In this document: positions 38,719 to 48,864 of the stretch, piece after piece
How the letters are laid out: every line of letters begins with the position of its first letter
Position numbering within the stretch: the first letter of the stretch is position 1
Translations under genes and position numbers: made by a program
Source of the DNA: Kiritimatiellia bacterium
GTDB lineage: Bacteria; Verrucomicrobiota; Kiritimatiellia; JAAZAB01
Assembly (NCBI GenBank): GCA_040767085.1
Contig: JAXGPF010000010.1
Coordinates: 64,001-128,000 of the forward strand
Length of the DNA: 64,000 bases
Direction of reading: 5' to 3'
Notes under the pieces: model-generated
Seen by the model: the letters and a program-made list of their open reading frames with translations, nothing else
Databases searched by the model: none
Told to the model about the DNA's origin: nothing

Positions 38719-40149
38719 ATGTACAAAACGGCAGTTATATCGGTCTGTATCGGATTAGCGATGGCGGTCGCTGTTCAGGGCGCGACCTGGCACGTGGCCA
38801 CGAACGGCGTGGATAATAGCGATCCCGGGCGCGGTTTGAGTTGGGATTTGCCCTTTGCCACGATCAGCAATGCCGCCGCGTGCGCCAATACGAATGCCGG
38901 CAGCACAGTGCTCATCTCCAACGGGACTTATTATGTCACCAACCACGTGAGTATCAGCAACGGGTGCGTCTGCCGGGGATTCAGCGGCGATCCCCGGGAC
39001 GTCATTGTGGACGGCAGCGCCATGGCGCGCGGATTTCTGGTGTCAAGCGCTCTGCTGGCGGCGGTAACCGTGACGAATGGCGCGCCACCAGCCATCAGTT
39101 TTACCGGCCATGGTGGCGGCGTCTATTGCGTGGGCGACGCCTGGGTGTCGAATTGCGTCATCAGCGGGAACCGCGGGCGTTTCGGCGGCGGAGTGTATCT
39201 CGGACCCAACAGCGGCGTGTCGGATTGCCGGGTGGTCGGCAATACCGCCCCGGGGTCGGGGCGGGCCGGCGGCGTCTATATGGGGGCGGGCGGACAGCTT
39301 CTGCGCAGCCTCATCCATGCCAACTACTGCGAAGGCGAGGGCGGCGGTTTGTATCTGGGAGGGACGCCATTCATTTCCGGTTGCACCGTTTCAGAAAACG
39401 TTGCAACAAACCGTGACGGCGGTGGAATATATGACAAGTCGGCCACGGGTGTCATCGCCAATTGTCTGATTATCAGTAATGCGGCCGCCCCCCTGGTTGG
39501 CGTTATCGGCCATGGAGGCGGATGCTACTTGGGCGGCTATTCCGTGTATTCAAACTGCGTTTTTGCCGGTAACAGTGCGACGAATCTCAACAGTTACGGC
39601 GGCGGTGTATATCATACCGGATCCGCGATCTCGAATTGCTTGGTCAACTGCTTGTTTTACGAAAATCAGGCCTACCTTGGCGGAGGCGTTATGGTCTCTT
39701 CCGGGACATCCTCATGGTTTAACTGTACGTTTGTGAAAAATCAGACTGTCAGCTCGATCAATGCCGGCGCCGGCATATATTTTTACCCCCGCGAAAGCGT
39801 CAAAGGCCCGGTGGTCAATTGCATATTTTACGGCAACCTGGCTGCGAGCGGCTCGAATTATATCATCGGCGCCGGTACTGCGCCTTCTTTTATGAATTGC
39901 TGCGCCATGCCGGTTCTGGATGGCGGACTGAACGGCAATCTAGCCGCGGACCCGGCCTTCCGTGAACCGGAAGCGGACGATTACCGGCTCGCCGCCGCGT
40001 CGCCCTGTATCAACACGGGCACGAACCAGGATTGGATGGCGGCCGCCCCGGACCTGGATGGGCGCCGGCGCCTGGATCGTTTTTCGCGGCTCGTGGATAT
40101 GGGCGCTTATGAATATGTGCCGCGCGGCGCAATCATTTCATGCCGTTAA
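38719..40149 (+). CDS. Secreted parallel beta-helix protein (copy 2)
   Basis: 476 aa, near-identical to copy 1 apart from the signal peptide and about 16 scattered residues. Confidence 0.85.
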   Translation: MYKTAVISVCIGLAMAVAVQGATWHVATNGVDNSDPGRGLSWDLPFATISNAAACANTNAGSTVLISNGTYYVTNHVSISNGCVCRGFSGDPRDVIVDGSAMARGFLVSSALLAAVTVTNGAPPAISFTGHGGGVYCVGDAWVSNCVISGNRGRFGGGVYLGPNSGVSDCRVVGNTAPGSGRAGGVYMGAGGQLLRSLIHANYCEGEGGGLYLGGTPFISGCTVSENVATNRDGGGIYDKSATGVIANCLIISNAAAPLVGVIGHGGGCYLGGYSVYSNCVFAGNSATNLNSYGGGVYHTGSAISNCLVNCLFYENQAYLGGGVMVSSGTSSWFNCTFVKNQTVSSINAGAGIYFYPRESVKGPVVNCIFYGNLAASGSNYIIGAGTAPSFMNCCAMPVLDGGLNGNLAADPAFREPEADDYRLAAASPCINTGTNQDWMAAAPDLDGRRRLDRFSRLVDMGAYEYVPRGAIISCR

Positions 40150-40302
40150 AATCCGTTGTTCCTCCGGAACGGCCCGCAACATGCGGGCCCTCCCCGGGCA
40201 ATCCGGTTCCGCTTTTGAGCCGCCGTGGTCTAAACCGGTTTTACCGCGAAAGAGCGGCAGCAATCCCTGCGGCGATGACTTGCGCCCATTGCGTATCGCT
40301 GC

Positions 40303-40331
40303 TCGACAAGGATGCTGCGTCTTGCTAGTAT
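40303..40331 (+). promoter_or_regulatory. Candidate sigma70 promoter in the repeated spacer (upstream of copy 3)
   Basis: TCGACA-N17-TAGTAT. Confidence 0.5.
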
Positions 40332-40406
40332 TCGAATGGGTTTCGGCGGTTGCCCCAAGGCGGTGCGGTTGGAGTTTCGATCTGCTCAACCGGGAAGGAG
40401 CATGTT

Positions 40407-41837
40407 ATGCACAAGTCGGCAATTCTAATGCTTTGTGTCGGATTGGCAGTAGTATCCGCGGTCCGGGGCGCGACCTGGCACGTGGCCACGAACGGCGTGG
40501 ATAACAGCGATCCCGGGCGCGGTTTAAGTTGAGATTTGCCCTTCGCCACGATCAGCAATGCCGCCGCGCGCGCCAATACGAATGCCGGCAGCGTCGTGCT
40601 CATCTCCAACGGGACTTATTATGTCACCAACCACGTGAGTATCAGCAACGGGTGCGTCTGCCGGGGATTCAGCGGCGATCCCCGGGATGTCATTGTGGAC
40701 GGCGGCGCGTCAACCCGTGCTTTTTTAATGACGAATGCCGTGCTGGCTGCGGTCACTGTTACAAATTGCGCGCCACCGGCTGCCAGTTATTACGGGTATG
40801 GCGGGGGCGTTTATTGCGTGGGCGACGCCTGGGTGTCGAATTGCGTCATCAGCGGAAACCGCGGGCGTTTCGGCGGCGGAGTGCATCTCGGGCCCAACAG
40901 CGGCGTGTCGGATTGCCGGCTGGTCGGCAATACCGCCCCCGGGGCGGCGCGGGCCGGCGGCGTTTATATGGGATGGGGCGGCCAGCTTCTGCGCAGCCTC
41001 GTCCATGCCAATTACTGTGAAGGCGAGGGCGGGGGATTGTATCTGGACGGGACTGTTTTGATTGCCGATTGCACAATTTCTGAAAACTTGACAACCAATA
41101 AAGACGGCGGAGGAATCATGGACAAAGCTGACATAGGCCTCATCGCCAATTGCCGGATTATCAATAATACCGCCGCGCCGTCGGACGGGGTTACCGGCCA
41201 TGGCGGCGGGGCCTACTTAGCCGGATATACCATTTATTCTAACTGCGTGTTTGGCGGTAACAGCGCGACGAATCTCAACAGTTACGGCGGCGGTGTGTTT
41301 CAGACCGGCAATTTGGTCTCGAATAGCTTCGTCAACTGTTTGTTTTATGAAAATCAGGCCTACCTTGGCGGCGGCGCGTATATATTTGCCGGGACATCGT
41401 CCTGGTTTAACTGTACCTTTGTGAAGAATGAGACCGTCAGCCTGCTCAATGCCGGCGCCGGCATCTATTTTTCCTCCCGTGAATCCGTCAAGGGGCCGGT
41501 GGCCAATTGCATATTTTACGGCAACCTGGCTGCGAGCGGCTCGAATTATTTCATCGGCGCCGAGTCGGCGCCTGCTTTTGTCAATTGCTGCGCCCTGCCG
41601 CTCCTGGATGGCGGGCTGAACGGCAATCTAGCCGCGGACCCGGCCTTCCGTGAGCCGGCCGCGGACGATTACCGGCTCGCCGCCGCGTCGCCCTGTATCA
41701 ACACGGGCACGAACCAGGATTGGATGGCGGCCGCCCCGGACCTGGATGGGCGCCAGCGTCTGGATCGTTTTTCGCGGCTCGTGGATATGGGCGCTTATGA
41801 ATATGTGCCGCGCGGCGCAATCATTTCATTCCGTTAA
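40407..41837 (+). pseudogene. Parallel beta-helix protein copy 3 with premature stop (Trp42 TGG to TGA)
   Basis: Same 1431-bp length as copies 1 and 2; AGT TGA GAT (stop 40530-40532) where the paralogs have AGT TGG GAT; rest of frame intact. Confidence 0.88.
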
Positions 41838-42056
41838 ATCCGTTTTACGCCGGAACGGCCCGCAACATGCGGGCCCTCCCCGGGGTAATCCGGATGCCGA
41901 TCATGGTTTTGTCTGCCGCCGATAACCATTCCGTCTTTTACCCCTAAAAAACATCCCCGCCGCGGTTTTTTGTTGAAAGATGCGGGCGAACCGGATTAAA
42001 TGCCGGGTACGTTGGCCGGTGCGGGGATGTACCCGGGGGCCGGCGCCGGGACGGTC

Positions 42057-43142
42057 ATGCCAAAAAAATGCTTATTCATCATTAACGGGCTGGGATTGGG
42101 GAATTCCACCCGGTGTTACGCCATCATCGAACAACTGCGCCGGCGCTGTTCAGAAGTGGAAATCCATGTGCTCACTTCCGGCAATGGGCTGGAGTTTTTC
42201 CGGGGCAAGCCGGAAATCGCCACGCTGACCCCGATGGCGAATTTTTTCTACTCGGTGAAGAACAACCAGATCAGCGCCTGGCGGACTTTTCTGTCGCTGG
42301 GCCGCCTGGTCCGGCTGGCCTGGCGGAAAAACCGCCAGGTGGCAGAAGCCTTGCGCCGGATCCAGCCGCACGCGGTGGTCACCGACTCGGAATACACCGT
42401 GCGGCCGGCGCGCCGGCAGGGCATCCCGGTCCTGGCGGTGAACAATTCCGATGTGGTGGTCGCGGAATATTTCCGGCGTAAAGACAAGCCTTGGGCCATC
42501 GCCGGCCAGTTCTGGCTGGTGGAGTTCATGGATTATTTGTTCCACCGCTTCCTGGTGAACGCGGTGATCAGTCCCGCGCCAGCGCGCCTCCCGGCGCGCC
42601 ATCGGCGCGTCCGCCGCGTCGGATTGATCCTGCGCGATGAAGTGCGCCGCATGGCGCCCGCGCCCGCGCCGTTCCGCAATCCCCGCGCGCTCCGCGAAAT
42701 GCTGTGCATGCTCAGCGGTTCCACCCTGGGCACCCGGAAAAATTTGCTCTTTCACGATTTGCCGTACCGTGTCGCGGTGATTGGACGCGCGGGCCCCAGC
42801 GACGAGCGGGTTCGATATCACGGCCGCCTGATGCACAATACGCCGCACCTGGCGCAGGCCGACCTGCTGGTGGTGAACGGCGGCTTCAGCGCCGTCAGCG
42901 AGGCCTTGGCGTTGAACAAGCCGACCCTGGTGATCCCCGTGCCGCGGCATGCGGAGCAATATGTCAACGCCATGCTGGTGCGTGATTTGGGGCGCGGCGA
43001 TCTGACCACGGAAAACGCGGTGATCGAACGCATCAAGGAATTGTACGAAACCGACGCCTGGAGCGGATTCGCGCCGTACCAGCCTGACCTGTGCCTGGAC
43101 GGCGCGCAGGAAGCCGCGGAAATCATCCTGGACTATCTATGA
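42057..43142 (+). CDS. GT-B fold glycosyltransferase (MJ1255/GT28 C-terminal-like)
   Basis: INGLGLGNSTR, VVTDSE, VNGGFSAVSEAL..KP.LVIP....EQYVNA. Confidence 0.82.
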   Translation: MPKKCLFIINGLGLGNSTRCYAIIEQLRRRCSEVEIHVLTSGNGLEFFRGKPEIATLTPMANFFYSVKNNQISAWRTFLSLGRLVRLAWRKNRQVAEALRRIQPHAVVTDSEYTVRPARRQGIPVLAVNNSDVVVAEYFRRKDKPWAIAGQFWLVEFMDYLFHRFLVNAVISPAPARLPARHRRVRRVGLILRDEVRRMAPAPAPFRNPRALREMLCMLSGSTLGTRKNLLFHDLPYRVAVIGRAGPSDERVRYHGRLMHNTPHLAQADLLVVNGGFSAVSEALALNKPTLVIPVPRHAEQYVNAMLVRDLGRGDLTTENAVIERIKELYETDAWSGFAPYQPDLCLDGAQEAAEIILDYL

Positions 43143-43945
43143 TCATCTGTGCCGATGATTTTGGCTTGAGTCCGGAGAATGACGCCGCCATCCTGGTCTT
43201 GGCGCGCGCCGGGCGTATTTCCGCTGTCAGCGTCATGGTGGCGGGATCCCGGCTTATTCCGGCGCTGGCGGCGGATTTGGCGGAATTGGGCCCCGGCCTG
43301 GATATCGGCCTGCATCTGGTGTTGACGGATGAAGGCGGGCCGCTGGCCGGCGCGGCGGGTTCGCTGGGGGCGCGCGGCGGCGGTTTTTGCACGTTGGCGG
43401 AATTGCTGCGCCGGGCATACAGCGGGCGTATCCGCCCGCCGGATGCCCGGATGGAAATTCAAGCGCAAATCGCCGCCTTCCGCGCCTGTTTCGGCCGCGC
43501 TCCCGACCATCTGGACGGGCATCTGCACGTGCAGCAATTACCCGGTATCCGCGGGGCGGTGGCCGCCGCCGCGGCGGAACTATGCCGCGCCGCGCCTTGT
43601 TACGTGCGGCATGCCTGGCTGCCGCTGCCGGAGCTGCTGCGGGAAATGCGGCGCGCGGGCGGCTTCAAGCGGGCGGCGATTGCCGCCCCGGCCGGCCCGC
43701 TCCGCCGGCTCCTGTTGCGCCGCGCGGTGCCGACCAATCCGGGTTTTTTCGGCGTTTACGATTACCGGCGCTGGGAATTGTTTCCCCGGCATTTCGCGCA
43801 TTTTCTCGCGGAGGCGCGCCGGCCAAACGACATCATCATGACTCATCCCGGACGGGGGGAGCCCTGGCGCAGCCTGGAGTTTGCCACATTGCGGGATGCC
43901 GAAGATCTCCGGCCTAATCGCTTCCGTCACGCCGCGCCAGCATGA
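43139..43945 (+). CDS. ChbG/HpnK/YdjC-family deacetylase
   Basis: IICADDFG, DIGLHL, HLDGHLHV, MTHPG; ATGA overlap with the upstream GT. Confidence 0.9.
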   Translation: MIICADDFGLSPENDAAILVLARAGRISAVSVMVAGSRLIPALAADLAELGPGLDIGLHLVLTDEGGPLAGAAGSLGARGGGFCTLAELLRRAYSGRIRPPDARMEIQAQIAAFRACFGRAPDHLDGHLHVQQLPGIRGAVAAAAAELCRAAPCYVRHAWLPLPELLREMRRAGGFKRAAIAAPAGPLRRLLLRRAVPTNPGFFGVYDYRRWELFPRHFAHFLAEARRPNDIIMTHPGRGEPWRSLEFATLRDAEDLRPNRFRHAAPA

Positions 43946-45467
43946 TGCCGGCATGGCGCCAGGCGGGGATTGCGCCGGCGTCGGGCGCCATCAGCACGTA
44001 CAGGGCCGGCGGGATGGCGGCGTCGGTGCGGCCTTGCATCCGGGCTTCCTTCTCGCGAGCCCGGACATACATGGCGATGGCCGCGGCATCATGCTTGCGG
44101 TGCGCGGCCAGGAATTCCGCGTCTTCCACGGCAATCGCCCGGCGCGCGCCCGCATCGGCCTTGAGCGTTTCATAGACCGCGGCGAGCTGCCGGAAACTGG
44201 GGATGAACTTGGCATCGCCGGCGATCAAGCCGCCCTGGTAATGGAAGAATGCGAACAGAAAATACACGTTGAAGGCAATCGTGGCGGCGGCGGCCCAATG
44301 GAGCAGCCGTTGCCGGCGCCCGCCGGCCGGCCGCCGCGTCAGGCAGACGGCGGGAATCATCATCAGGATGGGCAGTTGGAAAATGGCGTAACGGCTGGAA
44401 TAGTTCTGCCCGGACAGCAGAAAGACCAGCAACGGGATGGCCAGCAACGCGGTCATGCAGACCGGCGCCGGGTCGCGCGCGAAGGCCGCGCGCGGATTGC
44501 CATGCGCGCCGCGCCAGGGCGCCGCCGCCGCGCGCGCGAATTCCCAGATGTACACCAGCGCCACCGCGGTGCCCAGCGCCTTGAAGGCGAACATCACGAG
44601 AAACGATCCGCACACCGCGTCGCCCATGGCCAGGTAGTCGCTGAAATCCGGCAGGGCCCAGCGTTTGCACCAGCTCATCAGCAGGCTGAATGGCGTGGTG
44701 ATGGCTTTCAGGCATCCGAAACTGAACTCGTCGCCGCCGCTGCCAAACATCATCCGGGTATTGGCCCAACCGCGGGCGGCATCGCCCTGCAGGTATGGCC
44801 AGTAAAGCAGCAATCCGGCCAGCAGTCCCGACAGGAGGGCCGGCCAGTGCAAACGCTTGCGCGTCAGGGCGAGCGCCGCCAGCGCGCCGCAGAGCATGGC
44901 GAAAGCCGAAGCATGGAATTGCAGCGCCATCAATGACAGCAGTCCGACCCAGAAAACCTGCGGCGAACGGTCGCGGGTGACGGCGTCCCATAATGCCAGA
45001 AAGGTCAGGCTGCCGAAAAACGCCATGATTTCCGGGTTGTAGGCCCCCACCGCGTAATAGACCGCCCAGGGTTGGGTAGCCATGAATAATGCCGACCAGA
45101 GGCCGCCGCGCTCCCCCCATAGCCGCCGCCCCAGCATATACACCAGCACGATGGCGGCGACATTCAGCAGCAGCATCGCGGCCGCCACCGCGTGCGGACC
45201 GCCGCCCAAACGCATGGCATTCAGCCAGAAGACTGTCCAAAGCGCGCCCGGGGTGTGGGAGTTGGCGGTGAACTTGGCCTGACTGAGATAGCGGGCTTCA
45301 TCCACGCCCATGGCGTAATCCAGCGCGCGCTCGTACGCCAGGATTTCGTCGCCAAAGGCGAAATACGCGAAGGCGCCGCCCTGCCAGTACGCCGCCAGCC
45401 GCAGGGCTAAACCCAGCAGGGTGATCAGGCTGAGCCAGAGTGTGGGATGTTTGACGTTGACGTGCAT
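43914..45467 (-). CDS. ArnT/GT39(PMT-2)-like membrane glycosyltransferase (GT-C)
   Basis: GLALRL..., GDE in first loop, VYMLGRRLWG..GLWSALF, ALQFH, RY; multi-TM. Confidence 0.72.
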   Translation of the reverse strand: MHVNVKHPTLWLSLITLLGLALRLAAYWQGGAFAYFAFGDEILAYERALDYAMGVDEARYLSQAKFTANSHTPGALWTVFWLNAMRLGGGPHAVAAAMLLLNVAAIVLVYMLGRRLWGERGGLWSALFMATQPWAVYYAVGAYNPEIMAFFGSLTFLALWDAVTRDRSPQVFWVGLLSLMALQFHASAFAMLCGALAALALTRKRLHWPALLSGLLAGLLLYWPYLQGDAARGWANTRMMFGSGGDEFSFGCLKAITTPFSLLMSWCKRWALPDFSDYLAMGDAVCGSFLVMFAFKALGTAVALVYIWEFARAAAAPWRGAHGNPRAAFARDPAPVCMTALLAIPLLVFLLSGQNYSSRYAIFQLPILMMIPAVCLTRRPAGGRRQRLLHWAAAATIAFNVYFLFAFFHYQGGLIAGDAKFIPSFRQLAAVYETLKADAGARRAIAVEDAEFLAAHRKHDAAAIAMYVRAREKEARMQGRTDAAIPPALYVLMAPDAGAIPAWRHAGIMLARRDGSD

Positions 45468-45721
45468 GTTGTGCCGGGCAAAAGGTTTGACGGAATACGG
45501 TTGTAATAGGTTTGACAGCTTAGCAACCGGCGGCTAATTTGTTCAAGTTTATTATGAATCAGTTGAAGCTGTTTTAACGACTCGTTTTGCAAGCAACGCG
45601 GTTAAGTTTCCGTATGTAGCGGACGAACTGCGTGCCACGCCGAAGCCTGGCATAGGCGGGTGTTCGGCATACCGGAGCGCAACACCGTTGCGCCGCTGCA
45701 AGCAGATCGCCGGATGTCAGC

Positions 45722-47563
45722 ATGTTTGATATGATGGACCAGTCCGCAACTCCAAAAAATAATCCGAACCAGACCTGCCGGCGCGCAGCGCCGGCGGCAA
45801 CGGCGGATTCGCCGTTGCCCATGACGCCGGCCGAAATGCGGCAGCGCGGCTGGACGGCATGCGATGTCATCCTCATCACCGGGGACGCTTACGTTGACCA
45901 CCCGGCCTTCGGCGCGGCGCTGATCGGACGGTGGCTGGAACACCTGGGATATCGGGTGGGGATCATCGCCCGGCCTGATCCGCGGCGGGCGGATGATTTT
46001 CGCGTTTTAGGCCGGCCCCGGCTTTGCTGGGGGGTAACCGCGGGCAACGTTGACAGCGAACTGGCCTTGTTGACCGTGATGCGCAAGCGCCGCCGCGACG
46101 ATCCGTATGCGCCCGGCGGCCTGGCCGGCGCGCGCCCGCGGAACGCTTCGATTGTCTATACCGCCTGCGCGCGCCAGGCCTTTAAGGGCGTGCCGGTGGT
46201 GCTGGGCGGGGTGGAGGCATCGTTGCGCCGGTTCCCTTATTATGATTTCTGGACCGACCGCGTGCGCCGGCCAATCTTGTTCGATGCCAAGGCTGATATC
46301 CTGGTCTACGGTATGGCGGAACGCGCGCTGGCCGCGGTGATGCAACGGCTGGCCGCCGGACAGCCATGGACGGGAATACCCGGCACGGCAACGCCGGTGG
46401 ATGTCGCGCAGGTTCCTGCTGATAGCCCGCGATTGCCGGCATTTGAGGAGGTTAGCCGGCCGGATGCCGCCGGGCGCCAAAAGTTCATGGAAATGGCGTT
46501 GATGCTGGAACGTCAACAGCGATGCCCGGCCGGCCCTGGGAGTGATGGAACGTCCGCCGGCGGGACGCCGGCGCCGCTTTTCCAACAATGCGGCGAGCGC
46601 TGGCTGGCGGTGTATCCGCCGGCGGCGCCGTTGACCACCGCGGAAATGGATACGCTCTACCAATTGCCGTTCACCCGCCAGCCGCATCCGTGCTACCAGG
46701 GCCGGCGTATTCCGGCGTTTGACATGATCAAAAACTCCGTGACCACCCATCGCGGGTGCTATGGCGCCTGCCGTTTTTGCGCCTTGCGCGCGCATCAGGG
46801 AGCGCACATCAGTTCGCGCTCGATTGACGGTATTGCCGCGGAAATCCGCCGGATCGCCGCCCGGCCGGATTTCGACGGCGTCATTACCGATCTGGGCGGG
46901 CCGTCCGCCAATATGTTCGCTTCCGCCTGCGCCCGCGGCCAATCCTGCCGGCGGCCGGCGGGCGCCTGCGTGCATCCGGTCGTATGCGGCAATCTGCGCG
47001 TCAACCACCCGGCGCTGATCGAATTGTTGCGGGCCGCGCGGGCGGTTCCCGGCGTCAAACACGTCTTTGTGGCCAGCGGCATCCGGTTTGACCTGGCGCT
47101 GCTGCCGGGCGGAACGGCCTGGCTGCGCGAGCTGCTGGCGCACGGGCACGTGGGCGGCCGCCTGAAAATCGCGCCGGAACATGTGGTGGACAGCGTTTTG
47201 CGCTGCATGGGCAAGCCGGCGGCGGCGGTGTACCGGCGGTTTGTCGCATTGTTCAAGGAACAGGCGCGCGCGGCCGGCGCGCGCGCCGGCCTGACCGAGT
47301 ATTTTATCAGCGGCCATCCCGGCTGCACGCTGGACGATATGCGGAAGCTGGCCGCCTACCTTAAGGCGGCCGGGCTGCGGCCGGAGCAGGTGCAGGATTA
47401 TTATCCCGCGCCCCTGACCATGAGCGCCGCCATGTTTTACACCGGCCTGGAACCGGAAACCTTGCAGCCCGTCCATGTCCCGCGTTCCGACCGGGAAAAG
47501 GCGCAGCAGCGCGCGTTGCTGCTGGGACGGCTCCCGCAATTCCGCCGGAACCCCGCCGGCTAA
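45722..47563 (+). CDS. ygiQ: YgiQ/UPF0313 radical SAM protein
   Basis: GDAYVDHP.FG, GGVEASLRR, RGCYGACRFC (CxxxCxxC), DLGGPSAN, SGIRFD, KIAPEH, YFISGHPG; exact start uncertain. Confidence 0.92.
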   Translation: MFDMMDQSATPKNNPNQTCRRAAPAATADSPLPMTPAEMRQRGWTACDVILITGDAYVDHPAFGAALIGRWLEHLGYRVGIIARPDPRRADDFRVLGRPRLCWGVTAGNVDSELALLTVMRKRRRDDPYAPGGLAGARPRNASIVYTACARQAFKGVPVVLGGVEASLRRFPYYDFWTDRVRRPILFDAKADILVYGMAERALAAVMQRLAAGQPWTGIPGTATPVDVAQVPADSPRLPAFEEVSRPDAAGRQKFMEMALMLERQQRCPAGPGSDGTSAGGTPAPLFQQCGERWLAVYPPAAPLTTAEMDTLYQLPFTRQPHPCYQGRRIPAFDMIKNSVTTHRGCYGACRFCALRAHQGAHISSRSIDGIAAEIRRIAARPDFDGVITDLGGPSANMFASACARGQSCRRPAGACVHPVVCGNLRVNHPALIELLRAARAVPGVKHVFVASGIRFDLALLPGGTAWLRELLAHGHVGGRLKIAPEHVVDSVLRCMGKPAAAVYRRFVALFKEQARAAGARAGLTEYFISGHPGCTLDDMRKLAAYLKAAGLRPEQVQDYYPAPLTMSAAMFYTGLEPETLQPVHVPRSDREKAQQRALLLGRLPQFRRNPAG

Positions 47564-48711
47564 AGCTCGAAATATTTGCGCCGCACGACCTTCAACTTGC
47601 AGGAAGCCAGGTTGCGGGGCAGGTAAACGCCTTCGGCGTTGGTGCGCATGACGCCTTCATAGTAGGTGAAAACCGCCCGGGCGCCGTGGAAGCAGATGCT
47701 GTAATAGCAGTTGGTGGGGACACTGTCCGGCTCCAGCAATCCATGGCGCCGCCATGTCGCGCCATGATCGTCGCTGACGGCAATGGCCAGCGGGCGCCGC
47801 CAGCTCCATTGCGGGTGCCCCATCGGGATGCCGGTACGGTCGTTGAACAGCATGACCAGGCGGTCGCCGCCCGGCAACCGCTTGATGCTTTGCGGGCCGT
47901 TAGGCATGGCAAATTCGGGGATGGCCCGGAAAGGCGACCAGGTTTCTCCGCCATCGCGCGTGAAGGCGCGGTAGGCGTAACCGCCGTTCGAACGGCACCA
48001 CATCATCACCCGCCCGTCGGCCAATTCCACGACGCCCGGCTCCTGGCATTGCACCTGCCGTTCCCGGACATGCCGCCAGGCTTCCGGTAAACGCTTGTCA
48101 ACCAATTGCGGCCGGCGCACGTTGGCCGGTTCGATCCGGATTTCCCGGCCGCCCAGCCGCCAGCTTGCGCCGGCATCGTCGGAAATCACGCAGCCGCAGA
48201 CCGAAGGCTGGGCGCGCGCGATGGATGTTCCATGGAAGGCGTAGGGCGCCAGCAGCCGGCCGGAGCGCAGTTGCACCAGCCGGTCGTTGTTGATGACATA
48301 ATAGCCCGGCCGTTCGATCATCCGCGCCGGCTTGGTCCAGCGGCGGGCATGGCCGGCGGCGGTCATAAAATAAGGACGGCAGTCCTCCAGCGACTGCTTG
48401 CGTAAAAATATTCCCGCCAGCCGCCCGTCCTGCAGCGGCAGCAGGCTGATGGACATCAGGTTCAGGACTCCCCGGGGCGTCGGCAGGAATACCCGCGGTT
48501 TGGACCAATGCCGGCCGCCATCCCGCGAGCGGCGTTCAACCAGCGTGGCGGGAGCGCTGTCGCCGGACCCCTGAAAACTCCCGTAAACCAGGAGCAGGTC
48601 GCCGTTGGCCAGCGGCGCGACGCAACCCTCGCCCGCGCGCAATCCGTCGGTCCGATGATCCGCAATCAATTCTTCGTGCAAAATGTAGGGTGTGATGTCG
48701 TGTTGCTTCAT
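47560..48711 (-). CDS. BNR/Asp-box exo-alpha-sialidase-like beta-propeller
   Basis: Asp boxes SRDGGRHW, SDDAGASW, TRDGGETW, SDDHGATW; QEPGVVEL.DG; no signal peptide. Confidence 0.82.
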   Translation of the reverse strand: MKQHDITPYILHEELIADHRTDGLRAGEGCVAPLANGDLLLVYGSFQGSGDSAPATLVERRSRDGGRHWSKPRVFLPTPRGVLNLMSISLLPLQDGRLAGIFLRKQSLEDCRPYFMTAAGHARRWTKPARMIERPGYYVINNDRLVQLRSGRLLAPYAFHGTSIARAQPSVCGCVISDDAGASWRLGGREIRIEPANVRRPQLVDKRLPEAWRHVRERQVQCQEPGVVELADGRVMMWCRSNGGYAYRAFTRDGGETWSPFRAIPEFAMPNGPQSIKRLPGGDRLVMLFNDRTGIPMGHPQWSWRRPLAIAVSDDHGATWRRHGLLEPDSVPTNCYYSICFHGARAVFTYYEGVMRTNAEGVYLPRNLASCKLKVVRRKYFEL

Positions 48712-48744
48712 AATTGAGCCGCTTTCAAAATTTACGTTGTAAAA

Positions 48745-48776
48745 GAATACAGAATTCAGGAGTCAGAATTTAGAAT
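48745..48776 (+). repeat. Heptamer tandem repeat (GAATTCA-like)
   Basis: GAATACA GAATTCA GGAGTCA GAATTTA GAAT. Confidence 0.55.
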
Positions 48777-48864
48777 AAATACAAGAGCTTAGTTATAAAT
48801 AATTTATGTTTTTTGCGGTTCTGGTTCCCTCAAGGCCGCGAATGCCCGTGGCTTCGGGGCGTGG

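Noticed and set aside
40530-40532. TGA recoded as Trp or selenocysteine
   Set aside because: Many genes here end in TGA, including ATGA overlaps; paralogues have Trp rather than Cys; no SECIS-like hairpin distinct from the paralogues follows
37032-41837. Diversity-generating retroelement (TR/VR pair) explanation for the near-identical repeats
   Set aside because: Repeats are whole genes, differences are not confined to adenines, and no reverse transcriptase or Avd gene is in the window
45480-45720. ncRNA or operator in the divergent intergenic region (AGGTTTGAC twice)
   Set aside because: Could simply be -35-like hexamers; no convincing structure or family match
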